Virus record (IMG/VR): IMGVR_UViG_3300031539_000037
Length of the DNA: 56,312 bases
Direction: 5' to 3' (one strand)
Origin: a virus
The translations under genes and the position numbers were made by a program. Numbering within the stretch: position 1 is the first letter of the stretch; each line of letters starts with the position of its first letter. Below the pieces are notes generated by a model. The model worked only from the letters and a program-made list of their open reading frames with translations, made no database searches and was not told the DNA's origin. Below, one piece after another: positions 7,974 through 15,282 of the stretch.

Positions 7974-8494
7974 CTAAAACTTCTTTTACCTGACAACTTT
8001 GTTTTTAAGTCAATTTGGGTGGTACGTCTGACATAAATCTGACGTAGATTGGACACTCTCCTTTGTATGCCATAATGTATCAAATGCGAAACACAGGTTA
8101 CTTTGTAGATAACCTGATATACCCTAATAATGCTTCCATTATTTCCTCTTCCCAGCCATACCTTAATTTAGATAGCCAGATATCTATAATTAATATTTCC
8201 ATTAACTAACCGTCCTTACCCTCTACACTTTTCGACAAGTGTAAACACTCATGCCCATAAATGATAATAACGTTGTCGCTTATTATCACAATTCCCTTTT
8301 ACGCTAACATTTCATTAAATGTTCGTCTAAAAGTGAACGTTACCTATGGCACTTTGCTAATTTGCCGTAGAATTGACCAATCATTGACTAATAATTGACT
8401 AATCATCGTTCACCAAAACATAAACATTGCCGATGTAGTGAACATTTCTGCATATCCACTAATGCCAACTAATCGCTAAATTTGGCATAAGTGA
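7974..8494. ncRNA. 521-bp noncoding block rich in hairpins and repeats (candidate large structured RNA or cis-acting DNA site)
   Basis: No ORF of 60 aa or more on either strand. Perfect inverted repeats at 8023-8046, 8094-8116, 8225-8242, 8262-8288 and 8306-8323, plus an 11-bp tandem repeat at 8372-8404. Confidence 0.4.
8372..8404. repeat. Three tandem 11-bp repeats ATTGAC(C/T)AAT(C/A)
   Basis: ATTGAC starts at 8372, 8383 and 8394, an exact 11-bp phasing. Confidence 0.85.
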
Positions 8495-8710
8495 CTATGT
8501 ATACTTAAAATCCTCACAAATTTCTATATTCAATTCGCCAGTATCTTTGGCTTGTTCAATTAGTTTATCTAATAACCGCTTCTGTCTCCTTCGCCTTATT
8601 CTTCTCCAACATAATTTTGTAGAAGAATTGACACGAACAAAGCCATGACAATCGTCCCAGTCCCATTTTTCCACTATTCGCTTATCCTCTTTATTAGGGT
8701 TGGTCTGCAT
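8495..8710 (-). CDS. Hypothetical basic protein
   Basis: 71 aa counted from the internal ATG. The longer track ORF (to 8746) would overlap the tRNA-Trp gene. Confidence 0.45.
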   Translation of the reverse strand: MQTNPNKEDKRIVEKWDWDDCHGFVRVNSSTKLCWRRIRRRRQKRLLDKLIEQAKDTGELNIEICEDFKYT

Positions 8711-8718
8711 AATTCCTC

Positions 8719-8793
8719 TGGCGAACCGAGTAGGAATCGAACCCACGTCTACTAGTCTGGAGCTAGTCGTTCTGCCATTATTACTATCGGCTC
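8719..8793 (-). tRNA. tRNA-Trp: tRNA-Trp (anticodon CCA)
   Basis: 75 nt. Acceptor GAGCCGA/TCGGTTC, anticodon arm ACTAG-CTCCAGA-CTAGT, T arm GTGGG-TTCGATT-CCTAC, G73 and an encoded CCA. The D stem is weak. Confidence 0.7.
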
Positions 8794-8794
8794 A

Positions 8795-8869
8795 TGGGGT
8801 GACAGGAGGAATTTGCATCCTCGTCTCTACATTCACAGTGTAGGGTTCTAACTACTGAACTACTGCCAC
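8795..8869 (-). tRNA. tRNA-His: tRNA-His (anticodon GTG)
   Basis: 75 nt. Acceptor GTGGCAG/CTGTCAC, D arm GTTC..GAAC, anticodon arm CTACA-CTGTGAA-TGTAG, T arm GAGGA-TGCAAAT-TCCTC, C73 and an encoded CCA. There is no encoded G-1. Confidence 0.75.
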
Positions 8870-8872
8870 AGT

Positions 8873-8953
8873 TGGTGGAGGTGGGGGCTTTCGCCCCGTG
8901 CCAGATATAGCTAACCAACATAGTTGGCACTACACTGGTCGAATGACACCCCC
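8873..8953 (-). ncRNA. 81-nt tRNA-like RNA with a non-canonical fold
   Basis: 7-bp acceptor-like helix GGGGGTG/CACCTCC followed by A and CCA. The T-arm position is occupied by GGGGC-GAAA-GCCCC, and the central arm is GTGCCA...TGGCAC (6 bp) around 21 nt. No 5-7-5 anticodon arm was found by hand. Confidence 0.3.
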
Positions 8954-8956
8954 ATA

Positions 8957-9364
8957 TTATTTAATCCAATACTTATCATTTTTGAATTCAATAATATTAT
9001 TCTCTAAAAGTTCGGCTACCAATCTATTTAAACTTCCATGTATTTTTTGGTGCTTTGAATTATTTTCATAAATATATAAATTTTCTGGATTATTATTTTT
9101 GTTGTTCATGTCTATGTGGTGAACCCCTTCATTGTTCCTTAATTCACGACCTATCCTCTCCTGTGCTATCACTATATAGGGAGTTCTTTTTCTGTTCCGT
9201 ATTTTTTCGGATTCACATAATTTTTTACGATTTTTTTCACGATATAGTTTATTAGTGGCTAAGGCTCTTTTGTGATTCTTTTTATACCACTTTTTGAGAT
9301 ATTCCCTGGCTTCTTCTCTATGCTTTTCACGATATTGTTTTCCATATTCCTTTTTATCAAACAT
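8957..9364 (-). CDS. HNH endonuclease
   Basis: 135 aa with N-terminal basic Y-repeats and GVHHIDMNNKNNNPENL...HQKIH. Confidence 0.7.
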   Translation of the reverse strand: MFDKKEYGKQYREKHREEAREYLKKWYKKNHKRALATNKLYREKNRKKLCESEKIRNRKRTPYIVIAQERIGRELRNNEGVHHIDMNNKNNNPENLYIYENNSKHQKIHGSLNRLVAELLENNIIEFKNDKYWIK

Positions 9365-9372
9365 AAATCACC

Positions 9373-10512
9373 TCAACGCAGCCAATACTTGTCGTTTCCT
9401 ATATAGAATTTCTTATTGAAGAAAGTAATAAATTCTGGCATAATCCGGTTAATAGTCCCGTCTTTGGCCAGTCTCATGTGTAATATACCGCCACCGATAT
9501 GCGCTTGTATTTTCTTTTTTCTCATATAGGTAGTCTGGTCTTGATAACAACCCATTTGTATAACATGGACTTCACGCGGAAAACAATAATCTATTTTATG
9601 ATAGTGACCTAAAAGTAATACTCTGGGCTTTTCTCCACCTTGCAGACTTTCTACTATTTTTTGTGGAGTATAGGAAAGGGCATAAGCAGTACCACCACCA
9701 CCATGCATTATTCTCATCCAAGATTTGCCCCCTATCCCTTCAAATGGTATATCACACTCCAAATAACCTATATATTCTAAATCTTTTCTCCCTGCCTGTT
9801 CGGCTTTCATTTGAGTATACTCGCCGATATTAAGACGTTCCCTCTGGGCATACCAGCCTTCATGATCATCGCCAGCAATAAACTTTGTCAATATACCTTT
9901 TCTTTGAGGATAATTATTTATGAAATATTCTATTTGTGGAGTTACCCCTACAGTATTTATTTCATATTTGTTAAATCTGCATTCACCATCGATATAATTT
10001 CCACCATGATAGACTAATTTAATACCTTCATCTTCAAAAATATCGTATATTAGATTGAGTTCTTTTAATCTCTCGAACTTAGAACATAGATGAGTATCAG
10101 ACACGAAACCTAATTTGATTTTGTCACCCTTCCAATATTCGATATTTAATTTTTGAGTATTACCTGGCTTTGGTTCTTTTGCAAGTTCAATTTTATTGTC
10201 AACATAATTTATATTATATTTATTTTCTTCTAACTCCTGAATTATTCTTCTTACTTCTTTTGGAATCAATCCACTCTTATCACTTAATTCCTCTATAGAA
10301 AATGTGCCTTTTGTTAATAGTTTTTTTAATGTATCATTTTTAGGTATCTTATTTTTATCCTCATGTCCTTTAGCCCCTTCAGTCGGGTAGCCCCCGCAAT
10401 CCAGGCAATGATATCTCTGCTTGCCAACAGGGTCAAATCCTCTCTTGGCTAAATTAGTCGAGCCACATATATTACCGTCTTTTTTTCTAAGATAACATTT
10501 AAAACCTGTCAA
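9373..10512 (-). CDS. Zinc-ribbon + HTH + calcineurin-like metallophosphoesterase fusion
   Basis: 379 aa. N-terminal CxxxxxxxC...CxxC, then an HTH-like SIEELSDKSGLIPKEVRRII, then the phosphoesterase motifs SDTHL, GGNYIDG, GDDHEG and LGHYH. Confidence 0.65.
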   Translation of the reverse strand: MTGFKCYLRKKDGNICGSTNLAKRGFDPVGKQRYHCLDCGGYPTEGAKGHEDKNKIPKNDTLKKLLTKGTFSIEELSDKSGLIPKEVRRIIQELEENKYNINYVDNKIELAKEPKPGNTQKLNIEYWKGDKIKLGFVSDTHLCSKFERLKELNLIYDIFEDEGIKLVYHGGNYIDGECRFNKYEINTVGVTPQIEYFINNYPQRKGILTKFIAGDDHEGWYAQRERLNIGEYTQMKAEQAGRKDLEYIGYLECDIPFEGIGGKSWMRIMHGGGGTAYALSYTPQKIVESLQGGEKPRVLLLGHYHKIDYCFPREVHVIQMGCYQDQTTYMRKKKIQAHIGGGILHMRLAKDGTINRIMPEFITFFNKKFYIGNDKYWLR

Positions 10513-10536
10513 ATTATTCTTTTCACCTCCTTTTAA

Positions 10537-10731
10537 TTACCATTCAAACTCGAAATATGATTCGGTAACATCATCAGTATCATCTTCATATTCTTCTTTA
10601 TCTATCTCTAATTCATTCTTACAATGGGAACATTTAGTTACATATTTACTTTCATCATAAGCAAGGCTAAATAATATTACTGGCCAGCCACAAAAGGGAC
10701 AAGTAAAAGATAATTTATCTGTGTCTGGCAT
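10537..10731 (-). CDS. Small zinc-ribbon protein
   Basis: 64 aa from the internal ATG just after the thioredoxin stop. CPFC...CSHC, with an acidic C-terminus. Confidence 0.45.
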   Translation of the reverse strand: MPDTDKLSFTCPFCGWPVILFSLAYDESKYVTKCSHCKNELEIDKEEYEDDTDDVTESYFEFEW

Positions 10732-10732
10732 C

Positions 10733-11212
10733 TTAATATCCCAGTGGTGGTGGACAAACCCCTCCCCCACAACCTTCTTTCTTATCTTTCTTTTCTTCCT
10801 TTAAAAGTAAATTGATTTTGTCCTGTATCACAAGGAAAGGTTGAAACCCTATCATCCGGTCAACCTCTTTTCCATCCCGGTAGAAGATTATAACTGGCAA
10901 TCCTCTTAATGGTCTGAAGTTATTAAGGAACTTTCTTTTGCTCTTATCGACATTAATCTTATACCATTCGATTTTATCTTTCTTGTATTGCTGATTGAAT
11001 ATCATTAATCTAATAATGACTGGGTCTAACAGCTTACAATACTTGCACCAAGAAGCCCAGAAGTCTATAACGATTAGCTTGTCAGACTCCAATACTTCTT
11101 GAAAATTGTCAGCAGTTAAATCTATAGGCTTTACTTCTTCACTGCATAAACCGGATATAGATAATATGGTAATTAGAAATAAGGTTATGATGATTGTTTT
11201 AAATATTTTCAT
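10733..11212 (-). CDS. Secreted thioredoxin
   Basis: 159 aa with a signal peptide (MKIFKTIIITLFLITILSISGLC) and the active site FWASWCKYCK. Confidence 0.8.
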   Translation of the reverse strand: MKIFKTIIITLFLITILSISGLCSEEVKPIDLTADNFQEVLESDKLIVIDFWASWCKYCKLLDPVIIRLMIFNQQYKKDKIEWYKINVDKSKRKFLNNFRPLRGLPVIIFYRDGKEVDRMIGFQPFLVIQDKINLLLKEEKKDKKEGCGGGVCPPPLGY

Positions 11213-11224
11213 AACTTACCTCCC

Positions 11225-12019
11225 TTACTCCTCATATATCGGAAACGTTGAACCATCGGGATATATCTGGACGGTCTGACAGTTACATCTATGATTATTG
11301 ACCCATTGTTTAGTATATTGATACAATTCCGTTAAATCGACTATTTCATCTTTGTTTATATCAGCATTAAGCCCTTCACACCCTTCACATAAGCCTCTAC
11401 AAAAATATGAACCATTTTCACTATCCCAGGTATATTGATCACCTGCCGAAGAAGCCAAGACTTGGAAGCCTTCTCTATTTAATAGGTCAAGTGAAAAGTC
11501 AGTGAATGGTTCAAGTACAACATCTTTATCGATGAAGTTCCCGGCATGGCAGGATTCGATAAAAATTACCTTCATTCCCGATATCATACTTAAATTTTCC
11601 TCTAATTCGTGAACTGTAATTGCAGACTCCAACGTAGATTGATAATCAGTCGGAGTAATGATAGGAATATCATTTTTTACCCCACCATGCCCCATGTAAT
11701 AAATATAGGACACATCATTATCATCAGCATCAGCGAATATATTGAGAAGCCCATTTAAAATATTCTCTTTTGTAGCATCTAAATTGGTCAATTTTTCTAT
11801 ATATTCAAACTCTATTTCATCTTCACCAAACTTACACTTGCTAAATAGGCTTTCCAGTTTATCTGTATTTTCTGCCGGTGATGGTAAGGTCCAGCCATTC
11901 TCATATTCCCCTACACCTACAAAGAAAGCACGGTAAGCAGGGTCATTGGGTATTGGTATAACGGGAGTAATACAACCTGTTAGGAATAGGCATAGTATAA
12001 TGATAATAAGTTTTTTCAT
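11225..12019 (-). CDS. Caspase-family (C14-like) peptidase lipoprotein
   Basis: 264 aa with the lipobox LFLTGC. His/Cys dyad motifs YYMGHGG and IFIESCHAGNF. Confidence 0.7.
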   Translation of the reverse strand: MKKLIIIILCLFLTGCITPVIPIPNDPAYRAFFVGVGEYENGWTLPSPAENTDKLESLFSKCKFGEDEIEFEYIEKLTNLDATKENILNGLLNIFADADDNDVSYIYYMGHGGVKNDIPIITPTDYQSTLESAITVHELEENLSMISGMKVIFIESCHAGNFIDKDVVLEPFTDFSLDLLNREGFQVLASSAGDQYTWDSENGSYFCRGLCEGCEGLNADINKDEIVDLTELYQYTKQWVNNHRCNCQTVQIYPDGSTFPIYEE

Positions 12020-12468
12020 ATGTTTTTCCCTATAAAATCATATAGATCTACACATCTTCTTATCCAACCCCTAATCTTTGCCTTATTGTTTTTATCAGAA
12101 AAATATTTAATTCTTTTCAATAGTAAATCTTTCCAGTCGGATGGATCTTCTTTTAAGGCTATCCCTAAAGCACCTATACCCGGATTAACTGCAAATTCAA
12201 ACATAACAATAGCTACTTCTTGCGGATAGTTATAGCACTTTGCCCTATCCCAATATTTATCTTTATATGTCTTTTCACATATTTCAAAGGCTTCCTCTTT
12301 CTTACCTTCATCAATTAACCTTTTCATTTCAGCTACTTCTTGCGGATTATACTTTGACGATATACCCCAAATAGTTAATTTGCCTGGGTCATCTTTTTCA
12401 TCACTAATAAAACCTTCCCACTTCAAGGTAAATTTAAGTGCTTCATCAAAATCATTATTATTTTTCAT
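12016..12468 (-). CDS. GH108-type lysozyme (endolysin)
   Basis: About 150 aa. The N-terminal FTLKWEGFISDEKDDPGKLTIWGIS matches the GH108 EGG...DpGG.T.yGI pattern. The ATG at 12468 has GGGAGGA upstream. Confidence 0.65.
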   Translation of the reverse strand: MKNNNDFDEALKFTLKWEGFISDEKDDPGKLTIWGISSKYNPQEVAEMKRLIDEGKKEEAFEICEKTYKDKYWDRAKCYNYPQEVAIVMFEFAVNPGIGALGIALKEDPSDWKDLLLKRIKYFSDKNNKAKIRGWIRRCVDLYDFIGKNI

Positions 12469-12562
12469 ATATGATATTCCTCCCAATAATAATTAGCACA
12501 GAAGTGAAGGATTGTTGCCCTTCCGTTTTACCCTGACTGACTGCCAGTTCCCATGCTAGAGT

Positions 12563-13693
12563 TTAATGTTCAGTATCGTCTTTTTGTAATATTTTCAGTT
12601 TTTCTCTGTATGGTTTTTGAAACACTGTATATGCAAGACCGCGCCAGATTAAAAATTCCCTGATTGACATGCCGTTTATTGCAAGTTGACCGCCACTGAT
12701 ATAGTTGTAGCCATAAACTAAAACGCCATGTTCTTGTGCGATTAAATTACCATAAACATCGAATACTCCAGAACCACTTGAACCGGGAGCAGCAGCAATA
12801 TCCATCTTAACCTGGTCATTCCAGATTATTCCATAACTTTCGCCGAGATCAAGGTCAATCTGATTAATACGACCTTTATCAATAGTGCGGAATAATCCTA
12901 AAGGTGCACCGCAAATCCAAATTTCCTCGCCGACCTTGCAGGGTGTACCTCTCCATACCGCATAAGGTAATCCAAATACATTATCAATTTTAAATACCGC
13001 ACAATCGATAGCCCTATCGCTAGCAACTAAGGTTGCCTTTACTTCATATAATTGTTTTTCAGAATGTTGGATATAGATTCCATCAGTATCAACTTCATAA
13101 TATACCTGTCCAACTGGTTTCGCCTTTTCTCTGATTTCAAATGAAGGTGGATAGGTACTGGTGATTATATCTTTGTCGTCATAGACATAAAGCGGTTTTT
13201 TGAATGAATTGTAATTGATCAGCATTTCTACCACATGCCAGTTAGTAATGCCAATGGTCTCACCGTAAATCTTTTTGCCGTCAATCATTTCAGGTTTATC
13301 AAATTCTTGAGACAGGATTATTACCCCGCTACCAGTTATCTCTATTGCTTCCGGTTCTCCATATTTGCCGAACTCTACTTTATACCCTTCCTCATACCAT
13401 TTTTTTTCATCTCCAGTTAAACCATAGGGCATATTATCTTTTAATGTGCCTTCTTCGAGTTTATACCAGTTGAGTGCACGGAAATATTTGTTGGCCTTGA
13501 CTATCACTTTGATGGATACTGACTTGATAAAATCGAGGGTGTCAATATCAGGTACAGGTGGATTTGGTTGGGTTTCAATCTTAGGATAGCTTTCTTGCTT
13601 GATAGGATTTGATATTTCGTCTTGGGCGAATGTTGCACATATACAACTAAAGACTATTAATACAGCAACACAAAATACAAATATTTTCTTCAT
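12563..13693 (-). CDS. Secreted trypsin-like (S1) serine protease
   Basis: 376 aa with a signal peptide ending ATFAQD. Triad context ITNWHVV, AIDCAVFKID and APGSSGSGVF. Confidence 0.7.
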   Translation of the reverse strand: MKKIFVFCVAVLIVFSCICATFAQDEISNPIKQESYPKIETQPNPPVPDIDTLDFIKSVSIKVIVKANKYFRALNWYKLEEGTLKDNMPYGLTGDEKKWYEEGYKVEFGKYGEPEAIEITGSGVIILSQEFDKPEMIDGKKIYGETIGITNWHVVEMLINYNSFKKPLYVYDDKDIITSTYPPSFEIREKAKPVGQVYYEVDTDGIYIQHSEKQLYEVKATLVASDRAIDCAVFKIDNVFGLPYAVWRGTPCKVGEEIWICGAPLGLFRTIDKGRINQIDLDLGESYGIIWNDQVKMDIAAAPGSSGSGVFDVYGNLIAQEHGVLVYGYNYISGGQLAINGMSIREFLIWRGLAYTVFQKPYREKLKILQKDDTEH

Positions 13694-13716
13694 TGTTTTT
13701 TTTCACCTCCTTTCGT

Positions 13717-13926
13717 TTAATTTTTTATCTTTCTAAGAATCCTCAATCCCAATCTATAGTTCTTACTACCGTGAGCAACCTTCAGCCAGTTTATATAGTC
13801 GGGATTTTTCTTTAATTCTTCTTCGAGCCATTTTTCATAGCCTGACTTCGTTGGGTTTACTCGATCTAGAAGAGTCAAGATACCGATTATACCTAAGAAA
13901 AAACCAATCACTGCAATGAATAACAT
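13717..13926 (-). CDS. Small membrane protein (holin candidate)
   Basis: 69 aa with an N-terminal TM helix and a basic C-terminus. It is the first gene after the promoter-terminator unit. Confidence 0.45.
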   Translation of the reverse strand: MLFIAVIGFFLGIIGILTLLDRVNPTKSGYEKWLEEELKKNPDYINWLKVAHGSKNYRLGLRILRKIKN

Positions 13927-13946
13927 TCAATTTTCTCTCCTTTTCC

Positions 13947-13991
13947 AAAAAAAAATGACCAGACAAAAAGGCTTTCACCTTTTCAATCTGG
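13947..13991 (-). terminator. Intrinsic terminator in the leader of the lysis cassette
   Basis: Minus strand: CCAGA-TTG-AAAAGG-TGAAAG-CCTTTT-TG-TCTGG, then TCA and T9. Confidence 0.65.
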
Positions 13992-14030
13992 CCATCTAGT
14001 GGCTCTCATTTATTCAATTTTATTACATAT

Positions 14031-14059
14031 ATTATACACTAATTTACCAACATTTTCAA
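14031..14059 (-). promoter_or_regulatory. Near-consensus sigma70 promoter (TTGAAA-17 nt-TATAAT)
   Basis: Minus strand: -35 at 14059-14054 and -10 at 14036-14031, with a 17-nt spacer. It lies in the intergenic gap after the stop at 14068. Confidence 0.6.
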
Positions 14060-14067
14060 CATTATTT

Positions 14068-14352
14068 TTATTTCTTGTCATTCATCCGTTGTATCTCTGT
14101 CGTTAATTTGTCTATATTATGAACTAGATGATTGCTGATTACAGCCTTTAATTCGTTAACCGATTCTGTCACTTTTACTGTATTATCCGAATCTTCCTTA
14201 ACTATTTCAGCCAATTTTGGTATTTCATTTTTAAACATATCCATAAAATTAATAACAAAATATTTAACCAACCAAATAATTAAACATATTAATACTCCTG
14301 ATATAGCTATTGCTCCATATTTTGATACAGCATTTATAATAATTTCTTCCAT
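14068..14352 (-). CDS. Membrane protein (holin-like candidate)
   Basis: 94 aa with the TM segment AIAISGVLICLIIWLVKYFVINF. Confidence 0.45.
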   Translation of the reverse strand: MEEIIINAVSKYGAIAISGVLICLIIWLVKYFVINFMDMFKNEIPKLAEIVKEDSDNTVKVTESVNELKAVISNHLVHNIDKLTTEIQRMNDKK

Positions 14353-14367
14353 TACATCAACTCCTTC

Positions 14368-15210
14368 TTATGAAATAATAATATGATCCTTACCTTCCAG
14401 TTGCCACAATAAGTTGCCTTCTACCGGATGCCTTGCTACCACCTTTACTAATTGATATTTATCTGCATATTGAGGATTATTGATTGGTACAAATTTATAT
14501 ATAAGCTTCATAAAGTTATCTTCGCCATTAAGAGAAGCAGTCCATGACTGATTACTAAAGCCCTTCCAGTTAGACTCCGGACTAATTTTATATACCGTAA
14601 TAGCGTGTCCATAACCTTCCCATTTTTCTATCAACTGGTCGCCTACTTGTACCAATATCTTCTTTTGCCAATATACTTCGACAAACCAGCATAACCAGTA
14701 ATTGCACCATTCAGAAAGGTATTGACAGTGAAGTCTTGCAAATCCATCGCAGTCATCCCGGTAATATCCGAGTTCATCACAAATACCTTCTGCATTTTTA
14801 AGGCATTTCAGAAATTCTTCCGGTGGAGCCCAATAATCTATCTTACCCCAAACTTGCATATCTGAAGTCCATTGAAACAGATATTCCCCATTATCTTTTT
14901 TCTGAAATAATATCAGATATAGCTTTCTATCACTTACTTCACCCTTCTTGATAGTTAATTTTTCTAAGGTTTCATTCCAGAGGTCAACCAGTATTATATA
15001 GTTATCCCATACTTCTGAATTATAGTCACTTAATATCCATTTCCCTTTATTCCAATCCACTAATGGTATATACCAATTTAGCGGATAATAATCTTCCCAT
15101 TTTGGCTTATTAGGGTCAGGCACAGGATCAGGGGGAGGTTTGGGTTTAGATTTACATCCTGACAAAAATATTCCTACTCCGATTAATAGAATTAATAATA
15201 TCCAAATCAT
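14368..15210 (-). CDS. Lipoprotein with a transglutaminase-like cysteine-peptidase motif (tentative)
   Basis: 280 aa with the lipobox FLSGC and a Pro-rich linker. DDCDGFARLH and GHAITVY resemble the Cys/His motifs of BTLCP-type peptidases. Confidence 0.4.
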   Translation of the reverse strand: MIWILLILLIGVGIFLSGCKSKPKPPPDPVPDPNKPKWEDYYPLNWYIPLVDWNKGKWILSDYNSEVWDNYIILVDLWNETLEKLTIKKGEVSDRKLYLILFQKKDNGEYLFQWTSDMQVWGKIDYWAPPEEFLKCLKNAEGICDELGYYRDDCDGFARLHCQYLSEWCNYWLCWFVEVYWQKKILVQVGDQLIEKWEGYGHAITVYKISPESNWKGFSNQSWTASLNGEDNFMKLIYKFVPINNPQYADKYQLVKVVARHPVEGNLLWQLEGKDHIIIS

Positions 15211-15282
15211 TGCATCATCTCCTTATGGTGTCTGCCATTCTGGAGCAGTTCCACCAGCGTTCATTGTTAGCACTTACCCCTC

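Noticed and set aside
5264-8360. TGGCAC motifs (5264, 5347, 8347) as sigma54 -24 elements
   Set aside because: None is followed by TTGC at the required spacing, and all are on the plus strand, where nothing is encoded downstream.
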